NCBI GenBank assembly: GCA_965213625.1
Contig: CBDBZU010000004.1
Location: forward strand, 2,407,356-2,471,355
DNA from: a bacterium
GTDB taxonomy: Bacteria; UBA8248
Reading direction: 5' to 3'
DNA: 64,000 nt
The notes beneath the pieces are model-generated. The model did not search any database, was not told the DNA's origin, and saw nothing but the letters and a program-made list of their open reading frames with translations. The position numbers and the translations under genes were made by a program. Positions 46,172-55,418 of this stretch are shown here, piece by piece; the first letter of the stretch is position 1, and each line of letters starts with the position of its first letter.

Positions 46172-46282
46172 CTCTTGAAGAAGATGGGCGCGGGCTCTAC
46201 TCGCACCTTTTTCAAATTCACGCCTCACTCGAAGTATGAATGTGGCGGAAAAGCCGCCTGGTGGGGTATTCTCCCCACACCT

Positions 46283-46368
46283 GCCCGGGTGGTGGAATGG
46301 TAGACACTAGGGACTTAAAATCCCTTGGCCGAGAGGCCGTGCCGGTTCGAGTCCGGCCCCGGGTACCA
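46283..46368 (+). tRNA. tRNA-Leu (anticodon UAA), CCA encoded
   Basis: Manual fold. Acceptor GCCCGGG/CCCGGGU (G1-U72), D-arm GTG/CAC, anticodon stem AGGGA/TCCCT with loop CT-TAA-AA, long variable arm GGCC-GAGA-GGCC, T-arm GCCGG-TTCGAGT-CCGGC, discriminator A and CCA. Confidence 0.9.
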
Positions 46369-46426
46369 TGTATACTCTCTAAGTATTTGAAAGCACTTCT
46401 GTTGCTATAGTCGGCCTTTGAAAAAG

Positions 46427-46481
46427 CCTGTGCGATGAGGTTTTCCGTCATCCATCGCGCCGGTTCCATCCGTTGAGGGAA
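46427..46481 (+). repeat. 55-bp direct repeat, copy A (left boundary of ~2-kb insertion)
   Basis: 49/55 nt are identical to 48426-48480. All 6 mismatches fall in or at the edge of the loop of the internal hairpin GCGATG(A)...(T)CATCGC. Confidence 0.8.
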
Positions 46482-46978
46482 GGCGCGAAAACCTGAAGCA
46501 GGCGAACAAGCCCTCCCGAACAGGCGTGGCCGGGCCAGGACCGGACCGTTCGAGTAGAGTGCGGGATGCCACCGGCACGCGCTCTTCGGGATGCGCGCGG
46601 CGCGCCGTCGTCTTCCCGTCCTCCGAAGTTCTGCCCGCAATGTCTTATTCACCGTTATGCTCCGGCGCCACGCAACGTCCTCTCGATAACCACCGGTCGA
46701 AGCTCCATGACCCGGCCCGAATCGCGGCATCCAGGTTTCGGTGCTTGAGTGGAAAGCGAGGCAGCAATGAAATAAGCGTGAGAGACGAAGATACGGATTC
46801 GATACGAATTTTACTGTTAAAAAAGGAAATTATGGCGATGGTTCCATACCGGCCCCGGGGCGCCATGCCGCCGTTTCCCGCGTTTCCGTGAATGCCCGAA
46901 TATCCATCCAAAACGCTTAAAAACATGAAATTAGCCAAGTCTTGATTTTCGGTTTTACCCGCTAGTGACATAAAAAAC

Positions 46979-47007
46979 TTGACGAAAAACAATATATGTA
47001 CTATGTT
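46979..47007 (+). promoter_or_regulatory. candidate sigma70 promoter (TTGACG-17 nt-TATGTT) for the XRE operon
   Basis: Read in an AT-rich stretch. The predicted TSS falls at about the ATG at 47014, which suggests a leaderless or very short-leader mRNA. Confidence 0.4.
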
Positions 47008-47013
47008 CTATAT

Positions 47014-47367
47014 ATGACACATTTTGGAAGCACTATCCGAACCCAACGTGAAAGTCTGAGACAGGAGGACCGGCGCTTTTCGCTGAGGCAGGTGGCGCAG
47101 CGGATAGGAGTCGAACCGGCCTATTTGAGCAAGATCGAGCGCGGCGACGTGGCGCCGCCTTCTGAGGCCACGACTCTGAAGCTGGCGCGGGAACTGGGCG
47201 AGGACCCGGATGTGTTGCTGGCCCTGGCGGGGAAGGTCTCGAGCGACCTGCAGGAGATTATCCGCAAAAGGCCAAAACTGTTCGCGGAGCTGATCCGCCA
47301 GATGAGAGAGGCGCCCGATGACGCCATCCTCCGGGTGGTGCGCGAGGTGCGGGACGGAGACTGGTAA
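47014..47367 (+). CDS. XRE-family helix-turn-helix transcriptional regulator
   Basis: 'FSLRQVAQRIGVEPAYLSKIERGDVAPPS' is a canonical HTH_3 motif. It has a helical C-terminal extension. An alternative ATG is at 46996. Confidence 0.8.
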   Translation: MTHFGSTIRTQRESLRQEDRRFSLRQVAQRIGVEPAYLSKIERGDVAPPSEATTLKLARELGEDPDVLLALAGKVSSDLQEIIRKRPKLFAELIRQMREAPDDAILRVVREVRDGDW

Positions 47368-47376
47368 AGGAGGATA

Positions 47377-48393
47377 ATGATGATCATTCTTAAAAACGAT
47401 TGCCTGGATATCCGGTGCCCCGAGGTTCACGACCACGCCCGGTGCCAGATCGAGTTCCAGCGCACCCTTCGTATCCCGGACGACGGGGAAGATTACTTCC
47501 TGCCCCCGGGTCTGGGTTGTTTCCCGCTGCGGCACCTGGACGACTACGCAGAGCGCCTGCCAGGGGAGTGGCTCGGCCGAGGCGGCGTGATTATGCCGAT
47601 GTTCCAGGCCGAGGCCCTGTGGATCAACTTCGATTCGGGATTCAGTGGTTCTCTTCCCTATCCATTCGCGGTGAAGATCGCGACCGGAAAAATCTGCGCG
47701 CTCACCGGCGATAACTGGGTGGACCACCTGAACACCTACCCGCAGGATTACCTCGTTTTGCCCGAGCAGCCCTGGCTCGACGGCTACTGCGTCGAAAAAG
47801 GGAGAGTCCGCCAGTTCGTGGCCATGCCCCTGGGGGAGGGTTACACCGCCGAGGAGCAGTTGCAGGGCGCCGCGCGTCTTGGCGGCCTGCAGATCGTGGC
47901 CTATCCCATGAAGCGTGAGCGCTATGAAGAGATGTGCAGAAACGTGACGGGACAGGGTTTTGTTCTGGAGAGTCCCTCGGAGATGGGCATGGGACTGGCG
48001 CCCGGCGGCCGGATGCAGCAGGAAATCTATGAGGACCCCTATGGCCTGGATGCCTGGGACCAGCGGCATCCCAGCCGGTGTTTCGTCACCATCGCCAATT
48101 CCGTCCAGTGGATGGCGATCTCGGGCGAGCGGCCGCCGGTTGAGCCGCCCACGGCCAGGGACTACACTGAGGCCGGTCTGCCCTGGTTCGATTACTACAA
48201 CGCAGACGCGGAGGCCGTTTCGGGGAGTAATGTTCTAAAGTCCCTGAAGAGTGTAGGGCAGACTGGTAAGGCGAAAAGGGAGACGCCGCTGCCGGAGAAC
48301 GAATCGATCGGCGCGTGCCGCGTCGTCAGTCTGCGGGATGTCAGAGGGCGCAAGGTACGGGAGTATCCCACCGGAGAAGTCGTTGATTCGTGA
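47377..48393 (+). CDS. hypothetical protein (338 aa), no family recognised
   Basis: A strong RBS AAGGAGG sits 9 nt after the XRE stop. The composition is non-repetitive and globular-looking, with no TM or signal peptide. The conserved-looking block 'FQRTLRIPDDGEDYFLPPGLGCFPL' is not assignable by me. Confidence 0.7.
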   Translation: MMIILKNDCLDIRCPEVHDHARCQIEFQRTLRIPDDGEDYFLPPGLGCFPLRHLDDYAERLPGEWLGRGGVIMPMFQAEALWINFDSGFSGSLPYPFAVKIATGKICALTGDNWVDHLNTYPQDYLVLPEQPWLDGYCVEKGRVRQFVAMPLGEGYTAEEQLQGAARLGGLQIVAYPMKRERYEEMCRNVTGQGFVLESPSEMGMGLAPGGRMQQEIYEDPYGLDAWDQRHPSRCFVTIANSVQWMAISGERPPVEPPTARDYTEAGLPWFDYYNADAEAVSGSNVLKSLKSVGQTGKAKRETPLPENESIGACRVVSLRDVRGRKVREYPTGEVVDS

Positions 48394-48425
48394 AGCGAAC
48401 TTTTAGAATTCGATTCATGCCGCAA

Positions 48426-48480
48426 CCTGTGCGATGAGATGTTCCGCTCTTCATCGCGCCGGTTCCATCCGTTGAGGGAA
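48426..48480 (+). repeat. 55-bp direct repeat, copy B (right boundary; contains the RBS of the CoA-transferase gene)
   Basis: It ends 2 nt before the ATG at 48483. GAGGGAA within the repeat serves as the SD. Confidence 0.8.
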
Positions 48481-48482
48481 AG

Positions 48483-49688
48483 ATGTCCGAATCGCAAGCC
48501 GCAGCGCCTTTGAGTGGGTTCCGGGTGCTGGATTTCACCCAGGTCGTCGCGGGTCCTTTCTGCGCCGCCATGCTGGCCGACATGGGGGCCGAGGTGGTGA
48601 AGGTTGAGCGCCCAGGCCACGGGGACGATACGCGCCGCATCACCCGCTACAAGGACCGCGAGGAGCACGAAGATTATTTCTATGCTAACAACCGGTCAAA
48701 AAAGAGCGTTGCCATCAACATGAAGACCGAGGCGGGCAAGGACGCCGTGCGGGCCCTGGCGGGTGAGGCCGATGCGCTCATCGAGAATATGGCGCCCGGC
48801 AAGCTGGCCGAACTCGGCCTGGGCTGGGAGGATGCCCGCGCGGCGAATCCCAGAATCGTCTACTGCTCGCTCTCGGGCTTCGGGCAGAGTGGCCCTTACC
48901 GCGACCGCGTAGGGCTCGACCCGATATTGCAGGCCGTCTCGGGCGTCATGAGCGTAACGGGCATGGAGGACCCCACCCAGATCGGCGCGCCGCTCGCCGA
49001 CGTGCTGGCGGGTATGTTCTCCGCCTACGCCATCGTGAGCGCGCTCCATGCGGTCGCCCGCGAGGGCGAGGGCCGCTATATCGACGTGAGCATGCAGGAC
49101 GCCATGGTGGCCGCTCTCGGGCCGCGCATGGGCGAGACGCTCCAGGCGGGCGTGTCGCCTGGGCGGCACGGCAACGAGAACCCCATGCGGGTGCCTGCGA
49201 ACACCTACCGTACGAGCGACGGGGAGTACGTGACCGTCATCGTGCAGCACGACGGTTTCTGGCCGGGTTTTTGCCGCGCGCTGGAAGTGGAGGACTGGCT
49301 GGAGGACCCGCGTTTTCAGACCGCGCGGGCGCGCGTGGCGAACCGTAGCGCCATCAATGAGCGCGTGTCCAAAATTTTCGCATCGCGCACGATGGCCGAG
49401 TGGGAGCAGCGCCTGGAAGCCGAACGCGTGGGTTTCTCGCCGGTGAACGACTACGAGCGCGCACTCTCGGACCCGCAAGTCGCGCACCGAGGCCTCATAA
49501 GACGAGTCGCGCACCCCGTCTCGGGGGAGATTCGCGTGGTGGGCGCGCCGTGGATCATGAGCGGGGCGCAAGCCGAAGTGAAGCCGCCGCCCCTTCTCGG
49601 CCAGCATACAGCCGAAGTGCTCAGTGAATGGCTTAAATGGCCGGAGGAGGAAGTTGCGCGCTTCATGGCGGGGGAGGGGGTAAGGTAG
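48483..49688 (+). CDS. CaiB/BaiF family III CoA-transferase
   Basis: 'FRVLDFTQVVAGPFCAAMLADMGAEVVKVERP' is the signature N-terminus. Confidence 0.9.
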   Translation: MSESQAAAPLSGFRVLDFTQVVAGPFCAAMLADMGAEVVKVERPGHGDDTRRITRYKDREEHEDYFYANNRSKKSVAINMKTEAGKDAVRALAGEADALIENMAPGKLAELGLGWEDARAANPRIVYCSLSGFGQSGPYRDRVGLDPILQAVSGVMSVTGMEDPTQIGAPLADVLAGMFSAYAIVSALHAVAREGEGRYIDVSMQDAMVAALGPRMGETLQAGVSPGRHGNENPMRVPANTYRTSDGEYVTVIVQHDGFWPGFCRALEVEDWLEDPRFQTARARVANRSAINERVSKIFASRTMAEWEQRLEAERVGFSPVNDYERALSDPQVAHRGLIRRVAHPVSGEIRVVGAPWIMSGAQAEVKPPPLLGQHTAEVLSEWLKWPEEEVARFMAGEGVR

Positions 49689-49785
49689 GTGAGAGAAAAA
49701 CAGCCCCTTGATAATGATAGCATAATTTGCTAGCATTTGCTTGGTAGATGTAACATCTGCATGTAGAAGAGCAGGAGGCTATGCG

Positions 49786-50043
49786 ATGAGCGCCACGATT
49801 ACAGTCCGGAATATGGATGATGGGGACAAGGCTTGGGTCAGGCGTGAGGCGCGGCGTCTCGGGGTCTCGATGGAGGAGTTCGTTCGCCGTCTCATACACG
49901 AGAGACGGGAGAAGGATGAAAACCGCGCCAAGCCCTCCGAGATATTCAAGCGATATTTTGGCCCTGAATACGGCGTTGAACTGCTGCCGCGTGTCCGCTA
50001 CGGCTATCGCCCGCTCGACCTGAGCGATGGAGAGGAGGCGTGA
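49786..50043 (+). CDS. FitA/VapB-like ribbon-helix-helix antitoxin
   Basis: 'MSATITVRNMDDGDKAWVRREARRLGVSMEEFVRRLI' is Arc/RHH-type. AGGAGG lies upstream and it overlaps the PIN gene. Confidence 0.75.
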   Translation: MSATITVRNMDDGDKAWVRREARRLGVSMEEFVRRLIHERREKDENRAKPSEIFKRYFGPEYGVELLPRVRYGYRPLDLSDGEEA

Positions 50044-50489
50044 GCGGGCCTTTTGCCTATTTGCTTGACACCAACGTCGTTTCGGAAATGATGCGCCCGA
50101 ACCCGGAGCCTCGCGTTACGACGTGTATCGACGCAATTGCCGAAGAGGGAATAGCTCTCGCTTCCATCACCGTGTGGGAAATACTCGACGGCATCGGTCG
50201 TCTCCCTCCGGGCCGACGCCGCGAGGAGCTTGCCGAGCGTTTTCAAGGGGTTCTCGAAGACCTCTTCGAGGATAGCGTGCTCGATTGGGCTTTCAGCGAC
50301 GCAAAGGTCTGCGCCCGAGTGATGGAGGAAAAACGCAGGCGGGGCGAATCGCTGGACGACCACTTGCCGGATGCCATGCTCGCCGGAATGGCCCTTTCCC
50401 GAGGGCTTTCACTCATCACGCGAAACGAGAGAGATTTCCGCAATACCGGTGTTACCTTAATTGATCCATGGAAACGCGCGCGGTCTTGA
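50040..50489 (+). CDS. vapC: VapC/FitB-type PIN-domain toxin
   Basis: 'YLLDTNVVSE' provides the first acidic residue and 'ITRNERDF' is the C-terminal motif. The GTG start overlaps the antitoxin stop. Confidence 0.8.
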   Translation: MSGPFAYLLDTNVVSEMMRPNPEPRVTTCIDAIAEEGIALASITVWEILDGIGRLPPGRRREELAERFQGVLEDLFEDSVLDWAFSDAKVCARVMEEKRRRGESLDDHLPDAMLAGMALSRGLSLITRNERDFRNTGVTLIDPWKRARS

Positions 50490-50531
50490 GTCGAACGGCT
50501 TAAAATTCTGCTCAACCCGAAGGAGGGAGCC

Positions 50532-50906
50532 ATGATCTTTCAGAAGTGGGACGACATCCCTAGGATGCGCATCATCCACGAGAACATACCGGCGGAGAGC
50601 GTCATCGAACTCCAGATGATCGTGGGCGAGAAGCAGACGCTCGCGCTCTGGACGTTTTCGGAGGGTTCGGAAGTCGCCTCTCACAAACACCCCCACGAGC
50701 AGATGTCCTTCATCCAGCGGGGGCGCTTTTTGTTCCGCGTCGAGGGCGAGGAGGAGCGCGAGGTCGGCGCGGGCGAGGTGGTTGTCTGTAAATCGAACGT
50801 CGAGCACTGGCTGAAAGCGCTCGAGGACGGCTCGCAGGACCTCCAGATATTCAGCCCCCGGCGGGATGACCTGCTGGAGTTCCGCGGGGCGTATATTCCG
50901 GTGTGA
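50532..50906 (+). CDS. cupin-domain protein
   Basis: 124 aa with the 'SHKHPHEQMSFIQRG' metal motif and a second His in 'NVEHW'. Confidence 0.7.
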   Translation: MIFQKWDDIPRMRIIHENIPAESVIELQMIVGEKQTLALWTFSEGSEVASHKHPHEQMSFIQRGRFLFRVEGEEEREVGAGEVVVCKSNVEHWLKALEDGSQDLQIFSPRRDDLLEFRGAYIPV

Positions 50907-51021
50907 GGGGAGGGGGGCGTTCGACGAAAGAAAGTGGTGGACCTGAAGCATGTATGAGCCTCTTGCTTGCTTCCTCAGGGGACGCGATTCGGTCGGCCGC
51001 GAGAATTGAAAGCAATGCCCG

Positions 51022-51939
51022 TCAGGTCGATACGGCGTGCGCCACTCGCTTGGGTAGGCGTCCATCGATGAACAACAGTCCCAGTCCAATTGTCGCGGCG
51101 CCGATGAGCTCGTGCATAAAAATAGGCTCGCCCAGGAACAGGTTCCCGAGAAGCAGCGCCGTCACCGGAATCAGCAGTGTCACCAGCATTACGTTGCTTG
51201 CGCCTGCGCGCGATAGAATCTCAAAGAACACGATGTAGGCGATAGCCGTACCGAAGAGGGCGAGACCACCGAGCGCCAGCCAGACCTTTGCGCCGGGCAG
51301 CGGCAGCGTCCAGGGGCGATCGACGACCGCGACCACTACAACCATGATCAGGGTCGAAGAGAGAAGCTGGCAAGTCGCCGACTTGAGCGGCGGCATGTTT
51401 CTCAGATGTCGACGCCCCCAGAGCGCGGCGAACGCGTAGCTCAATGCCCCGGCGAGGCATAGTCCAATCCCCAGGAGATGGGTGTCGGCAGCTGCGTCGC
51501 CCGACCAGCTGATGATCGCCACTCCCGCTACGCCCAGGAGCACACCGATTACGCTGTTCCACGTCAAACGCTCCTCGCGGAACGACGCCATCACAATTGC
51601 CGTGAATAGCGGAGTCATGCCAGTCATGATCGACGTAAGACCGGAACTGATCATGGTCTGTCCGGTGTTCAACAGACTGAACGGCAGAACGTTGATGAGC
51701 AGGCCCATCACGATAAACGGCGTCCAGTCGCGCAGGCCGCGCGGCAGAGAATAACCCAGAAAACGGAATGGAATGAGGAGAATCAATCCCGCCATACCGA
51801 CACGGGCCAGAACGATGGTCAATGGCGGCAGTTCGGTCACCGCGACGCCTACGAAGAAGAATGCGCCGCCCCAAAGAATCGACAGAAGCACCAGCAGGCT
51901 CCATTCCGCGCTGTTCATCGCCTTGGGTTCTGACGCCAT
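51022..51939 (-). CDS. DMT-superfamily (EamA-like) transporter
   Basis: About ten hydrophobic helices and duplicated EamA halves. The start is uncertain (51939, 51954 or 52002). Confidence 0.7.
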   Translation of the reverse strand: MASEPKAMNSAEWSLLVLLSILWGGAFFFVGVAVTELPPLTIVLARVGMAGLILLIPFRFLGYSLPRGLRDWTPFIVMGLLINVLPFSLLNTGQTMISSGLTSIMTGMTPLFTAIVMASFREERLTWNSVIGVLLGVAGVAIISWSGDAAADTHLLGIGLCLAGALSYAFAALWGRRHLRNMPPLKSATCQLLSSTLIMVVVVAVVDRPWTLPLPGAKVWLALGGLALFGTAIAYIVFFEILSRAGASNVMLVTLLIPVTALLLGNLFLGEPIFMHELIGAATIGLGLLFIDGRLPKRVAHAVST

Positions 51940-52313
51940 CTGTCTCGCTCCCATCTCCTTGCGTCCGTCATCGAGCAGCACGGACGGGTACGGCGTACTC
52001 ATCGAGCCGTTTGCTATGCAGGCGACTACGCGGAGTCCGCAAGCACGACGACATATTCGCGGCTACAGATATCAGGGCCGTCGGACATTATCACATCGAG
52101 GCCGCGGGTATATATTCCGCCGCCGCCTACAATCCTGACGAAACCATTCGCCATGCAGCATGGCTTCATTTTTCATCGACCCTATAAGTGCGTGGCCTTG
52201 CGTACTCGCATCGTTGTCGGGTGATAAGCATAACGAAGCGCCGGTAAAACGAATCGTGTAGAATAACTTTCACTACTCAACTCAGACGGATATGAAAAAA
52301 GGGGAGATAACAG

Positions 52314-53078
52314 ATGCTCCGCCGATTGACGTTTATGGCTCTTGCGATCTGCCTGTGCGCTTCCCCGGCGCTTGCCGCTCCGCTTCACGATGCGGCGCTG
52401 AAGGGCGATGCGGCGCAGATCAAAGCCCTGCTCGCCGGCGGCGCGGATGCGAATGAGAAAAACCGCCTGGGCATGACGCCGATATTCTATGCGGCCATCA
52501 AGGGGAGCGCTTCAGGGATAGAAACCCTGGCCGGGGGCGGGGCGGACGTGAACGCGCGGGACAAGATCGGCAAGGCTCCGCTCGACTGGGCGGCGTTCCG
52601 GGGGCACGGGGCGGCGGTTGCGGCGCTGCTTCGCGCAGGCGCCAGGCCCAATGCCAAGGACAAGGCGGGCCTGACCGCGCTTCACGGCGCCGCGCTCAAA
52701 GGACTCACGGCGGGCATCGAGGCCCTGCTCGCAGGCGGGGCGGACGTGAACGCGAAAGCGCCGGACGGATTGACGCCGCTTCACGTGGCGGCGGGAAACG
52801 GGCGCGCGGATGCGGTGAAGGCTCTCCTCCTGGGCGGCGCCATGATTGAGGCGAAAGAAATGAAACACGGGAAGACCCCGCTGCACTGGGCGGTATTCGG
52901 CGGAGGGGCTGCGGCCGCCCGGGTCCTGCTCGATGCCGGGGCGGATGTGAACGCGGAAGACTGCCGCGGGCAGACGCCACTGGCGGCGGCGCGGCTTCGG
53001 CTCAAAGCGCCGGGCGGGAACAAGGAGCCGTTCCAGGAGGTGATCGAGGCGCTCAAGGCCCGTGGGGCGAGGGAGTGA
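52314..53078 (+). CDS. secreted ankyrin-repeat protein
   Basis: Signal peptide 'MLRRLTFMALAICLCASPALA', then about 6 repeats of 'G.TPLH.AA..G....V..LL..GAD.NA'. Confidence 0.85.
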   Translation: MLRRLTFMALAICLCASPALAAPLHDAALKGDAAQIKALLAGGADANEKNRLGMTPIFYAAIKGSASGIETLAGGGADVNARDKIGKAPLDWAAFRGHGAAVAALLRAGARPNAKDKAGLTALHGAALKGLTAGIEALLAGGADVNAKAPDGLTPLHVAAGNGRADAVKALLLGGAMIEAKEMKHGKTPLHWAVFGGGAAAARVLLDAGADVNAEDCRGQTPLAAARLRLKAPGGNKEPFQEVIEALKARGARE

Positions 53079-53118
53079 GGGTGAATTCCTCCTTCCTCAG
53101 TCGGATTTCGCCACCTCC

Positions 53119-53255
53119 GTCATTCCGGCGAAAGCCGGAATCCATTCTATTGCAGAATGACAATACGCCGGCTTTTCAACTCCTCGTCATTGGCGGGAAC
53201 CAATCAGAAAAAAATAAAGGCAAAACAAATGGATTCCGGCTTTCGCCGGAATGAC
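53119..53255. repeat. inverted pair of GTCATTCCGGCGAAAGCCGGAATCCAT elements
   Basis: 53119-53145 is the reverse complement of 53229-53255. Each unit is itself a hairpin (CCGGC-gaaa-GCCGG). Confidence 0.8.
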
Positions 53256-53439
53256 GATCAAAACCACAATCTCTCGCCCGGGCTGATTTGATTTTGAAGA
53301 AGACGCGATGCGCGTTTTTCATTACCCCGGAATCTCTTTGCGGTATAATGTTGGGAATTTGTTCTTATCACTTCCGGGCTTCGCGCCCTTCACGTATTGC
53401 TTGCAGGCTCTCCGGACGGGAGCCGGAAAGGAGTCCGAA

Positions 53440-53871
53440 ATGAGCAGAAGAGGCGTTTTCGGGTTGTTCGCATTGGGATTCGCGGCGTTTCTGGCGTTTG
53501 CGGGGTATGCGCAAGGGGCCGATAAGAAGGAGATGAAAGACGGCGTCTGGTTCATCGAGCCCAAAGACGGCGCGCAGGTGAAAAGCCCCGTGAAAGTTGT
53601 GATGGGCATGAAGGGCATGACCATCAAGGTCTCGGGCAAGGTGGTGAAGGGGACGGGACATCATCACATAATCATCAACGGAGGTCCCATGCGCAAAGGC
53701 AAGGTGATACCCACCGACGCCATGCACCCGCACTACGGCAAGGGACAGACGGAAGCGTCTCTCAAGCTGGCGCCCGGGGACTACAAGCTCACGATGCAGT
53801 TTGCAGACGGCCTCCACCGCTCCTTCGGGAAGAGGTGGGCTGCGACCATCTCCATTAAGGTTTTGCCCTAA
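53440..53871 (+). CDS. DUF4399-domain periplasmic protein
   Basis: Signal peptide, then 'VWFIEPKDGAQV' and 'GTGHHHIIING'. AAAGGAG lies upstream of the ATG at 53440. Confidence 0.65.
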   Translation: MSRRGVFGLFALGFAAFLAFAGYAQGADKKEMKDGVWFIEPKDGAQVKSPVKVVMGMKGMTIKVSGKVVKGTGHHHIIINGGPMRKGKVIPTDAMHPHYGKGQTEASLKLAPGDYKLTMQFADGLHRSFGKRWAATISIKVLP

Positions 53872-54060
53872 AGTATTGTCCGGCTGGCAGACTCGGCTTC
53901 GGGGGAAATGGTCGAATTTGACACCACTGCGCGCTCTTGGTGTAATCCAAGAAATCCTCTCTTTTCCGACGCCGGCCATAGGAGCGCAATTATCGAATCC
54001 GGCAATGCCCCAAGAAACCTGGAAGATTTCTGTCCATATCCATAGATTGGGAGATGTCAG

Positions 54061-55351
54061 ATGACGAGACCAAGTTCGAGACGTGATTTCCTGAAGCTCG
54101 CTGCAGCAGGCGCCGTGACGGCAAGCACGGGGCCGTTTATCCTCAGGGAGGCGTGGGCCGCCGCCCCCATCAAGATTGGTCACGTCAACACGTTCAGCGG
54201 GCCGCTCGCCGCACTCGGGGAGCAGGGGCGCTGGGGACTCAATGTGGCCGTCAACCGGATCAACAATGCGGGCGGAATCAACGGCCGCAAGATTCAGGTC
54301 ATCGAGCGCGACGACGCCTTCAAGCCCGCGCAGGCCGTGCGCGAGGTGGAAAAGCTGATCCTCAAGGAGAAAATCGACGCGCTCACGGGAACTTCGAGCA
54401 GCGGCATCTGCGTCCAGCTCTCGCCGGTAGTGAAGCGCTACAAGACGCTCTACGTCCTGGGTACGGGGTGTGGAGACGACCAACCTGACCGGCGGCAAGG
54501 TGGCCGCCTGCCCGAAACATGTGTTCCGGCCCTATAACACGACGAAAAGCCAGGCGATCGCCATGGCGCCGTGGGCGATCAATAACGGGGTCAAGACCGC
54601 GACGGGTCTTTATATGGACTTCGCCTGGGGCCAGTCGGTCGCATTCGATTTCCGCGACGAGTTCAAGCGGCTGGGCGGCAAGTGGATCGATCCTGTGCCG
54701 GTTCCCCTTAAAACGGCGGATTACATCGCGTATGTGAACCGGCTCTCGCGCGATGCCGATGCGATCGTGATGGGGATGTCGGGCGGCGCCGCGATTAAAT
54801 CGATGATCGCCCTGGGCGATGCGGGCCTCACGAAAAAGGCCAAAGTCGTCGGGCCGGCGTCGGTGTGCGACGTGAATACCATCACCCAGCAGGGCAAGAG
54901 CGCCGTCGGCGGGTTCTATCTACACCGCTATTCGCCCGTCAACGACCTCAAGGGCTCGCCGTTCGACAACGCCCCGAACCACTCGTTCCGCGGCGAGTTC
55001 ATGAAACTGAGCAAGGGCGTATTGCCGAGCGGATTCGCCCAGGCGCAGTTCACCGGCATGAACGTCATCAAGTCGGCGATGCAGGCCGTCAAGTACAAGA
55101 ACAAGAAGGAAGACACGTCCAGGATGATTACCTGGCTCGAAGGTGGCAAGACGCCGATGGGACCGGGCCGGATATTCTCCCAGGGCAATGACTTCCCGCA
55201 GGGCGACATCTACCTGCGCAGCACCGATCACCAGGGCTTCGTCGATTTCTATATGACGACCGTGGACGATAACCTTCATTTCAAGATCATCGGCGACAAG
55301 GTGCCGATGAAGACGACGCTCTACGACGCCAAATTCAGCAGTTGCGGCTAA
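54061..55351 (+). pseudogene. Liv-type (Leu/Ile/Val-family) ABC substrate-binding protein with Tat signal, interrupted by a +1 frameshift near 54464-54470
   Basis: Track ORFs 54061..54537 (frame 1) and 54470..55351 (frame 2) together make one ~430-aa SBP. '...YKTLYVLGTG' continues as 'VETTNLTGGKV...' if one G of the GGGG run at 54465-54468 is removed. Confidence 0.7.
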
Positions 55352-55418
55352 TCTGGCTGCGTGAAGAAAATCGCCTCCCTTTCTCCCGCTACCGGGTCGG
55401 GAGGGGGGCGATTTTCGC

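Noticed and set aside
46218-46730. The 170-aa minus-strand ORF and other ORFs in 46483-46990 as a possible degraded integrase of the island.
   Set aside because: The 170-aa ORF runs straight through the tRNA-Leu gene (the 'GTRGRTRTGTASRP' stretch is the tRNA read antisense). None of these ORFs shows tyrosine- or serine-recombinase motifs. The region is best treated as non-coding.
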